Shown here piece by piece: positions 49,520 to 62,160 of a stretch of DNA of 64,000 nt. The DNA comes from Rhina ancylostomus (Eukaryota), in NCBI GenBank assembly GCA_030265395.1, contig JARFYF010000007.1:74071384-74135383 (forward strand), given 5' to 3'. Below the pieces are notes generated by a model, which worked only from the letters and a program-made list of their open reading frames with translations, did no database searches and was not told the origin of the DNA. Within the stretch, counting starts at the first letter, position 1. Each line of letters starts with the position of its first letter. The position numbers were made by a program, and so were the translations under genes.

Positions 49520-51060
49520 AGAAGTGCTTGATGGCATGCATACATACATTAGGAGCTTGTACTCCCCTTCTGCCATTTACGGTGGGCTTGTGTGCTTCTG
49601 AGAAATTAACTCAAGGTTCTCAATGATGTATCAAATAGTCATTGAGCTGTCCATTTTGAGCTGCCATGGGCCTTCACAAGTCAGTGGGGAGTGTGTTACG
49701 TCCTTATTTCAGAGAGGCTTTGCGAAGATTGAGTTGTTTTCTCCTTCCCTCTGGTAATTTCTTGCCGTGATAAAGGTTGTAATAAAGTCTGTTTTGGGAG
49801 TCAAGTGTCGGGCACATGAGCAACGTGGTCTGGCCATCATAGTTGACTGAGTGTAATTAAGGCCTCAAATGTTGTGGATATTGACCTGAGAGGATACTGA
49901 TGTTGATTCACTTATCCTGCCAATGTATGAGGAGGATTCTGTGGGCAGAGTACTGCTGTTAGTCCATGTTTCAGGAGGAGAGGAATTGCTGCTCCCATCC
50001 CCCTTAATAGACTGTGAGCTTTGTGTTGTGTTTAAGATCTTGATCTCCAGAAACTCTTTTCCTCATGACCAATGATTATGCAGGTGTTCTAAAGACAGAG
50101 GTGAGTTTCATCATTGGTGTCTACCTTTGTTGAGAAGTCCTAATTTTCTAGGATCTCATTGTGGACATTTCTTGTTGGAGGGCAGTGTTGTACGCTGAGG
50201 TCAGTTTGGTGAAGGACCTGTTGTTTTGCAAATGTTAAATGTGTGGCCATTCTCTCGTGAACTTCAGTGATGAAGTTAACGACTTGAAGTATGACCTCCA
50301 AATGCATCCATATGCAAGTGTGAATACAGTAACTCAATGACAAAGTGGTTTTGGAGTGGAGGTGACGTGGATTTGAATAGGTTCCCACGTACTCTGTGAA
50401 TTGGCTCCACTTGAGCAGAGTGCTTGTTGGTGAGATACAACATTGTGACAAGAAAGATTGAGGTGAGTGTTGGGATTATGATGTAGCCTTGCTAACCAAT
50501 CTACACTGAGGTTGGGTCCATTGTGAACCATTTGGTTAAGGTAACAATTTGCATGCCATCATGTAATAGATGCAAGATGATAAATTTCTACAGGCAGCAA
50601 ATTTTGATAAAGATACTCCATTGTCCCCCTTAATGGACAAGAGTCAAAAGTTTCTGAGAAGTCAAAATAGGCTATGTATTGTGGTTGCTGCTCCAAATGA
50701 TTCTCCAAGTTGTTGCCTCGTGAAGATCATGTCCATTGTGCCGCTGGATGGCCAGAATCCACTGATTTAAATAACAGTTCTTCGGCCACTGGGAGAAAGC
50801 AGTTGAGGAGGACCCCTGGGAATGATGTCTCATGACATCAAGGAGGCCCCTCCGTGGTTACTGTAATTACGTCTCCTTTTTTGAAGTTAGTGATAATTAC
50901 AGTGTCTGAGGTTGTCTACTGGTTACTGAAGAACTCTCCCACGTTTTAGAACTTCGGCGGGATTACCATTTACTGTTGAGCTCCTGTTTTTCAGTTGGCA
51001 AATGGCCTTTTTGGCAGTCTGGATGGTGGCCAAATAGTTTGCTGTGAGTGCAGTCAAGGA
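49520..51060 (-). mobile_element. Degenerate RTE-clade LINE
   Basis: Minus strand yields GIPAEVL-like, HWQD..NIS.L, EALITLSQL.W.DHVA.MPDT.LPKQ remnants typical of RTE ORF2. Confidence 0.65.
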
Positions 51061-51116
51061 CAGGGTTATGGATGAGGATGCTGTTTTTAAAATGATTATT
51101 TCATGTTTTTTTGGAG

Positions 51117-51194
51117 GTATCTGATGCTGATTTAAAGGAACACATGGTCGGAATCATATTCAGCAGAAGCAAGCTAACTAATCTACAAAAACAG
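51117..51194 (+). CDS. MYCBP2: MYCBP2 exon (VSDADLKEHMVGIIFSRSKLTNLQKQ)
   Basis: Atypical ttttggag acceptor, CAG|gtttga donor; peptide matches MYCBP2; exact start slightly uncertain. Confidence 0.88.
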
Positions 51195-52049
51195 GTTTGA
51201 AGTGAATAATATTTATTTCTCATAAATGGCATTTTATGAATTTGGATTGCTATTTGCAAAATACCTCAATTTGTTCCTTCTAATAGGTTAGTTGCTCTTC
51301 AGTGATTGTTCTCAAATTGAACCTTCAGGGACACTTGTAATTCATTGAATATTTGTAGTTCTTGAAGGGTTGAGTCTTTGGAAGCATGCATTGAAAAGTT
51401 ACTGGTTCCCTCTATTAGTAATGGAAAGTTTTACAAAGATGCCATAGCCAGTGATTCAGATATTCCTCAGAGGAAAGCTACTTTCTGGAGCCAGAAACTA
51501 TTCATTTGTAGCTTATGCAGTATGCATGGTTCAAATCTAAATGCAAATAGGAATCAGCTGAGGCAAAAATAATGCAGCAAGACTACTAGCGTTGGCTAGC
51601 AACTGTATAGCTGTATTTTGCTGCTTTAACCCCCAAAAAAATTGGACATAATTGTCTAAGTTTTTAATATTGTCTTTTATAATCTGGATCCTAATTTTAA
51701 TATTTTTTTAAAGACTGAAGTTAACTTGTTAGTTTAATAGTAGAAGCAGCATCATGAACTTGTGACTGGAGCGGATCATATCCTAATGCTTAAATCATCC
51801 CAGTAATAAATTGGAAGCAGGCTCACTGTTTTGAAGTATTTCAAATTTGCCATGTTGATAACCTAATATAAAGAATACTTAGAGGATATTATAGCTGCTC
51901 CACTGATGATCAGTACTTCCCTACTAATCAGAACAGGAGTAACTGCAGGGGCTGCCTGCTCAAATTCTCAAGACCCTGCACTAGGACTGTCACAGACCCT
52001 TCTGGTTTTCCAGCAAAAATTGTTTGAATTTCTATACTATTCTCACAAT

Positions 52050-52370
52050 TCTTACAACATGAAAAGAGAGAATTTGGCCTTGCCAGCTCTTGGAGCCATC
52101 CCATCAGCAGCAACTCCCCATACTATTCTTCTGTAACCTATTCTTTTCTCACATGCCATCAACTCTTCGATTCTCCTGTAACTTGCCTGCACCAAGGATA
52201 GTTGCAGAAGACCATTAATCTGCCAGCCAGTACATCATTCAGATGTGGGAGGAAACTGGAGCACCCAGGAAAATCCACTGTCACAAGGAGAACTTACAAA
52301 CACCAAACAAGTAAGACCAGAGGTCATGGAGCTGTGCAGCAGTAGCACTACCTGTAGCACCACAGAGCCC
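52050..52370 (-). mobile_element. V-SINE (HE1-like)
   Basis: V-domain tgtgggaggaaactggagcacccaggaaaatccac...acaaggagaacttacaaac followed by a reversed tRNA-like head. Confidence 0.7.
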
Positions 52371-52913
52371 CCCCTCTTTAATGTTACTTTAATTAAAAAG
52401 TACCACTTTGGCCCCTAATCAGAATTAAGCAGACTTGCTGTGTTCAAATCTCCTCTGCAATCTGTACCCATTGAGACAATATCCCTGCTTTTGTTAAGCT
52501 ATTCTAATTCAGGGTTAAGCAATGTCTTGATTCTGAAATGATCATACTTTTAATTCCTTCCATGACCTTGCCTTCCCAATCTTTGTAATCTCCTATCTTG
52601 CTGCACTTCAAGATATCTGCTCCAGTTCTGCATTCTCGATCATCCCCTAATTTCATTCCTTTGGACTTCAGTGTTTTCAACTTTATCCCAAAATCTCTCC
52701 AACGCCCTCTATCTTTTTCTCTTGAGATGTTTCTGAAAGCCTACCCTCTGAATGAGCTTTTGTTTATTTTGTTGGCTTGGTGTCTGATTTTGCTTGGTAA
52801 GTTGTCAGTAGGTTGTGCTGTGGGATATTTTATTTATTAAAGAGGCACTGAAAGCTTGATGATATCTTCACTGGATTCCATCCTTGAAACCAGCTGATTA
52901 CCTTTCTTAACAG

Positions 52914-53180
52914 GTGTGTGCACACATAGTCCAGGCCATCCGAATGGAAGCTACACGTGTGCGAGAAGAATGGGAACATGCCATATCCAGCAAGGAAAAT
53001 GCTAATTCTCAGCCAAACGATGAGGATGCTTCTTCAGATGCATACTGTTTTGAGCTTCTGTCTATGGTGCTTGCTCTAAGTGGATCCAATGTAGGAAGAC
53101 AATATTTAGCCCAGCAGCTCACCTTATTGCAAGACCTTTTCTCCCTACTACATACAGCTTCACCCAGGGTTCAAAGACAG
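52914..53180 (+). CDS. MYCBP2: MYCBP2 exon (VCAHIVQAIRMEATRVREEWEHAISS...LHTASPRVQRQ)
   Basis: taacag acceptor, CAG|gtcagt donor; phase 0-0. Confidence 0.95.
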
Positions 53181-53356
53181 GTCAGTACAGATTTTATTGT
53201 TAATGTCATTGATGCAGACAATTATTAGTTATTCATTTTAAATTGTAATGCCTGGTTTTGTGCAAATGGTTTGTGAATAGCTGCCAAGTCTGTTTTACAT
53301 ATTTTGTGAAACAATCCATTTTAAAAAGTGTAAAACCCAAGCTCTTGTGTTTGCAG

Positions 53357-53631
53357 GTGACATCTTTGCTCCGCCGCGTTCTTCCAGAAGTAACACCTGT
53401 GCGTCTTGCTAGTATAATAGGTGTGAAATCTCTTCCTCCGGCAGACATCAGTGACATCATTCATTCCACAGAGAAAGGAGATTGGAATAAATTAGGAATT
53501 TTGGACATGTTCTTGGGATGCATTTCTAAAGCCCTCACTGTGCAGCTGAAAGCCAAAGGGAGTAGTTTTCCTGGCATGGTTGCTGGGAAAGGGGTGACTT
53601 CCATTACATTACCATCAGTCTTCAACTCTGG
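53357..53631 (+). CDS. MYCBP2: MYCBP2 exon (VTSLLRRVLPEVTPVRLASIIGVKSLPPADISD...LPSVFNSG)
   Basis: ttgcag acceptor, GG|gtaaga donor; phase 0-2. Confidence 0.95.
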
Positions 53632-54379
53632 GTAAGAGTGACTCTGTTCCAGTTAAATCCTGTTAATATTGTAGTTGATTTAACAATAGCATGATTGTAT
53701 TTTATGCTTCTCGGTGTTGCATTAGCTATATAGGGAGAATTAGTTCTTATGGAAATTTTATTCCACTCTCATATTTGATAAAATTGACAAAAAAGAAAAT
53801 AAGATTTTGTTTTGTCAGAAGTTGGCTGTTTTGTTCCTATATTTTTTTACATTGTGTTGTGGCATAATTAGCCATGATAAACTAGAAATTAAATCAAATG
53901 TACATCTTAAGGTGTGAAAAAATACAATCCATGTCTCTTTATTCACTTAAGGGATGCGAACAGCATTAACACTATTAGCATTATTAGCCTTTATAAGTTT
54001 TCTTCAGAATGTGGTGGTGGTCTAGTACTTTGAACCACTGCGTTGAAGTTTTTGTGATGAAATAATTCCCAGAGTGCTGTTAGATGGAATCTTCCTGGAT
54101 TTTTGTCTCAGAAATAGTGAACGGGTCAAGACGCAATTTTAAGTTGGATTTGTTAGTTACTGGGGGAGAATGTTGACGTGTTGGCGGTGTCATGTGTCCT
54201 CTGGTATGTTTTGTGTGAAAGGGCTCACTGATTTCAGAGGTGCTCTCAATGTGAATCTAAATGTGATGTTTATACTGGAATTATCTTGTACAGGATTAAT
54301 TTTGGAAGGAAGGCTATAAACCTCAAAAACATGCTTCTTAGTAGTTCTAGTGCACATTTGACACTCTTGGGAGCAAGTT

Positions 54380-55375
54380 CTTAGGTCGGTATGGTGCACA
54401 GATTAGACATATTGTTAATTGGATCATCAGCTCCTGCTCCTCCATAATTCAGTATATATACCAAATAGAACACAAGAAAATAGATGCATCAAGCGTGCCC
54501 TGACATTCAACATGCTCGTGGCTGATTTGCCTCCAAGCCTCATCTCTTCTGTGCCAGTTCCTCACAGCTCTCAATTCCCCAAGCTTTCAAAACTTTATCT
54601 ACCTCTAGTGGTCTAGCCTCCACAACCCTCTGCGATAGAGAATTCCAGAAACCCCAAGTTCCATGAGAAGAAATCCCTACAGACCTCAGTTTGAAATGAC
54701 TGCCCCCTTACTTCCTAACAACATACAAGACTCTCCCACTATTGGAAACCTCTCAACATCTACCGTGTTGTGTGCCTTTAGGATCTCGTATGTTTTGATA
54801 TGGTCACCCATTATTTTTTCTAAACTCCAAAGGACATGGGTCTAATTCAGCTGTTTGTGATAGGGCAACCTGCTCGTCCCAGGAATTAGCTGACTTAATC
54901 TCTTCTGGATTGTCTCCCTGTGCTAGCACATCCTTAAATTAGAGGACCAAAACAGTACTTCAGGTGCAGCCTCACCAATAACCTGTATAATTGTAACAAT
55001 ATTTCTCCATTTTTAAGCTCCAGCGTCCTAGCAGTAAAGGCCAGTATGCCATATGCTACCTTAATTACTGGCTGTACCTACATGCTAATTTATTTCATGT
55101 GCAAGAACCACTTGATCCTGCAGTATTCCAGTCATTTGCAGACTCTGCATTTAGATAAGCTGCCTTTTGATTCCTTCTATCATTGCATGATCCTAGCTCT
55201 TTCCTATATTAAACTCCATTTACCAGATCTTTACCTACTCTCTCAACCTGCCTATATCCTGATGCAGAGTCCAAGTTATCCCTCACAGCATGCCGTCCCA
55301 CCTATTTTTGTATCATCAGCAAACTTCGATATCTTGCACTCTGCCCCCTCCTCCAAGTCATTGATTGTAGCTAAT
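54380..55375 (-). mobile_element. CR1 LINE ORF2 3' fragment
   Basis: Reverse of gatatcgaagtttgctgatgatacaaaaatagg (KFADDTKIG, RT motif) at ~55300-55330, followed by downstream CR1 sequence. Confidence 0.8.
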
Positions 55376-55377
55376 TA

Positions 55378-56200
55378 ATTGGTCATTGGTTTATTATTGT
55401 CACATGTAGCAAGAGGTAGTGAAAAGTTTTTGTTTGCGTGCCATCAACAGATCCATCCATACTTAAATATGTTGAAGTAATACAAAAGTGGAAAAAATTT
55501 AGAATGCAGAATATATTGTTACAATTACAGGGAAAATGCAGTGCAAGTAGTCAAAGTGCAAGGACCATGATGAGGTAGATTGAAGATCAAGAGTTTATCT
55601 CTAGCGTATAAAAGATCAGTTCAAGAGTCTGATAGCAGTGGGATAGAAGCTGTCCTTGAGCCTAGTTTTGTGTTCTGAAGCTTTTGTATCTTATGCCCGA
55701 TGGGAGGAGGGAGAANNNNNNNNNNNNNNNNNNNNNNNNNNNNNNNNNNNNNNNNNNNNNNNNNNNNNNNNNNNNNNNNNNNNNNNNNNNNNNNNNNNNN
55801 NNNNNNNNNNNNNNNNNNNNNNNNNNNNNNNNNNNNNNNCAACTCTCTGCAACTTCTTGTAGTCTTGGGCAGAGCAGTTGCCAAACCAAGCTGTGATGCA
55901 TTTGGATAGGATGCTTTCAATGGTGCTTTTTTTTAATTGGTCAGGGTCATCCGGGACATGCCAAATTTCCTTAGCTTTTTGAGGAAGTAGAGGTGCTGGT
56001 ATGCTTTCTTAATTAAAGCATCCATGTGGTTGGACCAGGACAAATTGTTGGTGATGTTTATACTGAGAAACTTGTAGCTCTCAACCATCTCCACCTCAGC
56101 GATGTTGATAAAGACAGGAGCTTGTACTCTGCCCTGCTTCCTGAAGTCAATGAACAGCTCTTTTGTTTTGTTGACATTGAAAGAGAGGGTTAACACCATT
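55378..56200 (-). mobile_element. Rex1/Babar LINE 3' portion
   Basis: Minus ORF LSFNVNKTKELFIDFRKQ...VEMVESYKFLSINITNNLSWSNHMDALIKKAYQHLYFLKKLRKFGM. Confidence 0.85.
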
Positions 56201-56639
56201 TCACCAGGCTCACTGTCTCTTTCCTGTACTCTGTTGTTTAAATAATGATGGGCCAAGGACTGATCCTTGGGACATTTAACCAATTTCACCATTCCATTCT
56301 GAAAATGACCTTTTTATTCTGATTATCTTTCTTCAATGTGATAACTAATCTTCAATCCATATTAACACACTTAACNNNNNNNNNNNNNNNNNNNNNNNNN
56401 NNNNNNNNNNNNNNNNNNNNNNNNNNNNNNNNNNNNNNNNNNNNNNNNNNNNNNNNNNNNNNNNNNNNNNNNNNNNNNNNNNNNNNNNNNNNNNNNNNNN
56501 NNNNNNNNNNNNNNNNNNNNNNNNNNNNNNNNNNNNNNNNNNNNNNNNNNNNNNNNNNNNNNNNNNNNNNNNNNCCTCCAGCATTTTGTCTGTGTGTGTG
56601 TGGCTTTAGGTTCCAGCATCTGCAGAATCTCTTGTGTCA

Positions 56640-57090
56640 AAAGTTTATATTGTGTCCCTGACCTTTAGTTCTAGACTGTTCAGCCAGATGAAACATCCTC
56701 CTTGTTTACATACTTTTTAAACAAAAAAAAAGCCCTGTTGAGCCCTCTAGGATTTTACATTTCAATGTCACCCTTTATTCTTCTAAACTCTCAAGGCCAA
56801 GCCTGCTTACTCTTTCATCATATGATAGTCCTGCCATACCAGGAACCAGTATACTGATTTTTTGTTTCTGCACTCCCTCTAAGTATATCCTTTTAGATAA
56901 GGGGATGAAAATTGCATAGAGTACTCTGTGTTTCCTCACTAAAACCCTATATAACATTGTAAGGCACATTTGCTCGTAGTTGAATCTTCTGGTAATAAAG
57001 ACCAACTTAGCATTTGCCTTCCCAACTACCTGCTGCACCTGCATGTTACCTTTTCAGTGATTTGCCTACAAGGACACCCAGGTCATTTTA
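56640..57090 (-). mobile_element. CR1 LINE fragment
   Basis: Minus ORF QVQQVVGKANAKLVFITR...LYRVLVR...GMAGLSYDERVSRLGLESLE. Confidence 0.8.
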
Positions 57091-57236
57091 GTCCACTTTT
57101 CACTCAAATCATGGTTGGTATTGTCAGTTTCATCATTGGAAAGAGATGAAATAATTTGTTTATATGTTTGCTTTAAAACCTAGCTAGAATTGCTTCCAAA
57201 TAACATGAAGTGGTTTTTCTCATGGTCTTTCCACAG

Positions 57237-57333
57237 CTCCATTCGGCGAGGTGAAAGTCACTGGTGGATGAAAGGTTCCACACCTCCACAAATTTCTGAA
57301 ATAATAATTAAACTAATAAAGGATATGGCAGCA
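57237..57333 (+). CDS. MYCBP2: MYCBP2 exon (SIRRGESHWWMKGSTPPQISEIIIKLIKDMAA)
   Basis: ccacag acceptor, GCA|gtaagt donor; phase 2-0. Confidence 0.94.
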
Positions 57334-57861
57334 GTAAGTTGAAATTATCTGAGTATTTTGCTTCAGTAAAACAGGCTTCAATGAAAAATGAATCTTTAAT
57401 AGAACAATTTTGTCCACATAGTAAAATGACCAATCAAAGTGCCTTAAATATAGAAATATCATATTGAATCTAACTTCATGTTTGCTCTCTGGGAGTTTAC
57501 ACATGCTAATTGTGTAAAAGTTTCTTTTTGTTTACAAATTAAGAATTTTACTCTCTCTCAATCTAGAATAAATAAAGCTTTAGCTTTCAGAGTGATTTGC
57601 ATATTGGTCTCACACCAAGCGAATAGAAGACTTAGTCCTGATTTTTCTATTTTTGTTTTATAATATCTTGTTGATCTCATTAAGAATGCATACAAAATAT
57701 TCCTCTCATGATGAAAGTTGGATTGCAAATGTAAAGGGGCACAGCATCAAGTTGTGCAATACCAGGTTTTGCAAAGTGCAATTATGAGGACAGTAATTCC
57801 TCATTTGACTTTGTAAATCTCTTCAAGTCAAGTCAGTGAACTAGAAGAGACTGGAGCAAAG

Positions 57862-58860
57862 TATTAACATTTCAGATCAGTGTCCCTTCATCAGAATGGG
57901 AAAAGTGAGAACGAGGATGTTTAAGTTGCTTTTGACTTGTGTATCTGCTGGAAAAGCACATACTAATTGGAAATCAAAAATCTGCAAATGTTGGAAATTT
58001 GAAATTAAAACGAGGGCTGGAAACAAGCTCTTTGAATCCAGTGAATTGCATTCAATGCCAGAAATTCAATGAGATTCCACTGCCCCTCTCTGTGTTTTGA
58101 AGAGACCTATCATTTTGCAATTCCCTGATTCACTGTGTTCCATCTCCTTTAACCACTCCCTTCCTCGTGGCACTTCCCAGTGCAACTGCAGGAGACGCAA
58201 CAGCTACCCTTTTTCACCATGGAGGGACCCAAAGTGAAACAATTAATTTGCACTTCCAATCTTTTGCATTGTGTTGGTGATCTTTATAATGGTGAAACAA
58301 AACTCAAATTGGGTGACTACTTTGCAGGACACCACCATTCAGACCTCAAGGGTGACCTTGAGCTCCCATTCTCCAGTCATTTTAATTCTCAATCCCATTC
58401 CCACTTGGACCTTCTATTACTGTTCCAACGAAGTCCAATACAAGTTTGAGGAACAGCACCTCATCTTCCATGTAGGTACATTGCAGGCTGCCATACTCTA
58501 CTGAATTCAAGAAGTTGTGATCACTAGCCTTCCCTGCTTGTGTCAGGCCTAGCCAGTTCTGATGTATGGTCCATCCACCTGTAACACTTAATTTTTCTCT
58601 TTCCACTCATTTGCCCAATTTGTTAGATATTTCTAGCATTTTTTTTTGTTTTCTCCACTTCTCTAAATGCCCTCCTTCATGTGTTAATGAGATAGTGCTG
58701 GCAACATCCTGTTATCTGGATAACTTCTTGGTGTCCACTCAGTCACATATGGTCCCTTTGTTCTCTCCACTCTCTCCCTCCCTCACCCCCATGTAACTTG
58801 AATACCCTTGTATTCTCACTTTTCCTGTTCTGATGAAGGGACTCTGACCTGAAATGTTGC
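57862..58860 (+). mobile_element. Penelope-like retroelement remnant: GIY-YIG endonuclease C-terminus flanked by inverted terminal repeats
   Basis: ICTSNLLHCVGDLYNGETKLKLGDYFAGHH...LPFSSHFNSQSHS and KFEEQHLIFHVGTLQ match PLE GIY-YIG motifs; ~48-bp inverted repeats at 57864-57911 and 58813-58860. Confidence 0.8.
57864..57898 (-). ncRNA. Minimal type I hammerhead-ribozyme-like motif (PLE-associated, inverted copy)
   Basis: Minus strand att-CTGATGA-AGG gacactga TCT-GAAA-TGT-T-aat; stem I att/aat. Confidence 0.55.
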
Positions 58861-58862
58861 TA
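58826..58862 (+). ncRNA. Minimal type I hammerhead-ribozyme-like motif (PLE-associated)
   Basis: tgtt-CTGATGA-AGG gactctga CCT-GAAA-TGTT: conserved core boxes and a 3-bp stem II; stem III palindrome AACGTT decayed to AATGTT. Confidence 0.55.
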
Positions 58863-59404
58863 AATATTTACATTTTTAAAAATTTAAGCAAACAGAAAAG
58901 TTTGCCACTGCAGGACACAATTTGAATTGCAATGTAAAGACAATTCTACATGTTTTCAGAGAGAGGCAACACTTCATTGAAATTTGATTCCATCTCTTCT
59001 ATTGTGGTTGATAAATGTGGGGGCTACTGGAATTCTGTAACCAATCATTAGATTTTGTTATGGAACTTCAGCTGATATTTCAGGGTAGAACCAGTACATT
59101 TTTTGGGAATAAATGTCCAAATCATCAAGAGGTATAGTGGAAAATGTGACGACATAAAATGCATGCACACAGACACATCATCCTGGATCAAGACTTATTA
59201 GATTTGTTTAATTTCAGTAAAGATCATCTTGGTCAAGTTTTCATGAATATCTGGAGAGGTTGCAAGTCCTTCTGAAAGTAGTTCTGTTAGGAGGGGAAGA
59301 AAGCTAATTCACATATTAAAGCAAAGACTTCCAGTTTGAAGAATTTTGATAGCCAGTAAGAAATGAACCAATAATGTTTGAATAAAATAATTTAACTTTT
59401 TCAG

Positions 59405-59524
59405 GGGCACCTGTCAGAAGCCTGGTCCCGTGTAACAAAGAATGCTATTGCTGAAACAATAATTGCCCTAACAAAGATGGAAGAAGAATACAGGGTTCCT
59501 GTTCAGTGCACTACAACAACCAGG
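59405..59524 (+). CDS. MYCBP2: MYCBP2 exon (GHLSEAWSRVTKNAIAETIIALTKMEEEYRVPVQCTTTTR)
   Basis: tttttcag acceptor, AGG|gtaata donor; phase 0-0. Confidence 0.94.
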
Positions 59525-59634
59525 GTAATACTTATTTGCTGTGTAAATAAAGTATATAAGAAACAGGAAAAAAAAGCATTTAGCAAAAGTAAATGTACCT
59601 GGCAATTGCACTCAAACTGTCATTTGCTTCACAG

Positions 59635-59736
59635 TTATGGTTGGCTCTTGCTTCACTGTGTGTGCTGGATCAAGACCATGTTGATAGGCTTTCCTCTGGC
59701 AGATGGATGGGGAAGGATGGCCAACAAAAACAAATG
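59635..59736 (+). CDS. MYCBP2: MYCBP2 exon (LWLALASLCVLDQDHVDRLSSGRWMGKDGQQKQM)
   Basis: tcacag acceptor, ATG|gtaagg donor; phase 0-0. Confidence 0.95.
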
Positions 59737-61300
59737 GTAAGGAAAAGGGGGTTTTCATACATTTGGATCACTATTGATTGATTCTTGTCCAAATGAGCTG
59801 GATTCAAACTCAATGCAAGGAGTAGTATTTGACATTGACCCAAACAGGAAGGCCCATTAATAGATCTAAGGAAGAATCTGAAACTGTAGAGTGGCTTGCA
59901 GAAAATAAATATTATAGTGTGAGGGGAGGTGGGTGAAAATGGCAGGTGAAACTTAATGTAAGCACCTGCAGGGTACTGAATATAGTAAAATAAGCAAAGT
60001 GTATGCCTAATTTCATAATTCCTTGCACAATAGAAGGAAGTCATGCAACCCATCGAATCTGTGCTGGCTCTGAGAGCAAGCTCATCAATCCCATCTGGTG
60101 CTGAAATTAAAGATAATATTTAGGAGTCTTGGTAGAGTTCACATATGTCTAGGAATGCTGAAGAACTGCCAACAAAGCTAACTGAAAATTGAACATAGCC
60201 AAGCTAAATAAATGTTGGCCAGAGAAGATGTGATTCACCTTGCTATCTCGCTCTTGATGATTGGAAACTTATGTTATTTTGTTATTGCTTCTTGCTTTGT
60301 TAATAACTGCCTCTCAATTACAGAGTTATTTTTAACTATATACACTACATCACTGTTGATGCAAGAAATCATATGCACAAAAATTAGGATCAGTGAGGAA
60401 GTTAGCTGTCCACTTGTGGGATATTGTGTGGGCAAAATGTGAATATTGGGTTATGCAAATAGCAAGGTAAAAGGAATGTAAAGTTGCTAGGAAATCTAAA
60501 TGGACAAATTAACAATTCGCCTTACTAATTGCATGATTCTTCAGCCATTTATTGCTTCAGAATAGTGTAAGAGTGATCATTACCAGTATAGAATAATATC
60601 ATTATATCTCCATAAAGTTGGCGAAAAATCTGATATCTTAATTTCCTATACGCCTTGCTTTCTTCCCCCTTCCAAAGAAACTTTCCCCTCTTAGCCATAT
60701 CTTTATTGCTGTCCAAGCTGATCTTGAAGTAATTTCTTTCTGCTGTGATGTCTTTGTATGCAGAGCCAGATTTTTTGCATCAACTCCCTAACAGATAGAA
60801 ATTCGTAGTTGACTGGTTGGAATGAACAAATACTTCATTGATATTCACTAGCTTAGGGCAACTGCATAGTTGAAAGCATTCTGTATCTTCCTTATGAGGG
60901 TTTATAATGGCTTAGTTATATACTCATGGGTGATCTGGTCCCTCTAGTTAAAATCGAGATAAAAATTAACAGCATTTTGAAAAAATTAAGAGTTCAAATA
61001 AACATTCTTATCTGAACTCCAGTTTAAAGCAGATCATATATTGCAATTAAGAATGAAATGTATTGCTTGGCCAAATCTCATTGTTGGTATAACATAAATA
61101 ATTTAGATCCTGTAATTTCTTATTGCAAAGATTAAGCAATTTATCTTGCCAAAGGATATTCACAGATGTACAACTGAATGTAACATTCATCATTTGCGCT
61201 TTCTTTGAACTAACAGCAGAATGCACTTAATCAAAAGTATTATCTTTTGCATTATTTATTTTAATTGACTAAAATGACAATCAAGTTATCTTATTCGTAG

Positions 61301-61429
61301 CCAATGTGTGACAACCATGATGATGGTGAGACTCCAGCAATTATCCACTGCAACGTGTGTGGGAATCTTTGCACAGACTGTGACCGGTTTCTCCATCTTC
61401 ACAGAAGGACGAGATCTCATCAAAGACAG
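61301..61429 (+). CDS. MYCBP2: MYCBP2 exon, B-box-like zinc finger (PMCDNHDDGETPAIIHCNVCGNLCTDCDRFLHLHRRTRSHQRQ)
   Basis: tcgtag acceptor; non-canonical CAG|gcaaga (GC) donor needed for frame and homology. Confidence 0.92.
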
Positions 61430-62027
61430 GCAAGAATTAAATTCAAAGCATTCACATAGGGTATTAAAAGACGATCAAGGATTTTGAAATATTTTCGCAT
61501 GCTATTAACTAATATTAGGGTAGCTTTGCAGCAATATTTTGCACTCTTGTAGAAGACTTAATGACTTGAGCTTTGGGCCCCCAAATGACTTGAAACANNN
61601 NNNNNNNNNNNNNNNNNNNNNNNNNNNNNNNNNNNNNNNNNNNNNNNNNNNNNNNNNNNNNNNNNNNNNNNNNNNNNNNNNNNNNNNNNNNNNNNNNNNN
61701 NNNNNNNNNNNNNNNNNNNNNNNNNNNNNNNNNNNNNNNNNNNNNNNNNNNNNNNNNNNNNNNNNNNNNNNNNNNNNNNNNNNNNNNNNNNNNNNNNNNN
61801 NNNNNNNNNNNNNNNNNNNNNNNNNNNNNNNNNNNNNNNNNNNNNNNNNNNNNNNCTATTTTGTAAACTGGACATGTTAAGATAACTCACACGTGACCGT
61901 ATAACCAATTCTCATTATTCTGAAAGGTGCTGTCAAAAGCATTGTTAACTTTCTAAAGCAAAATTTTACCAAATGACTAATTTGCTTGATTATTCCCATT
62001 TGAATTAATCTAGCTTTCAAATTATAG

Positions 62028-62160
62028 GTGTTCAAAGAGGAGGAGGAAGCAATTAAAGTGGATCTTCACGAAGGCTGTGGAAGAACCAAGCTGTTCTGGC
62101 TTATGGCACTTGCAGACTCAAAAACCATGAAAGCAATGGTAGAGTTTAGAGAACACACAG
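62028..62160 (+). CDS. MYCBP2: MYCBP2 exon (VFKEEEEAIKVDLHEGCGRTKLFWLMALADSKTMKAMVEFREHT)
   Basis: ttatag acceptor, CAG|gtcaga donor; phase 0-1. Confidence 0.95.
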
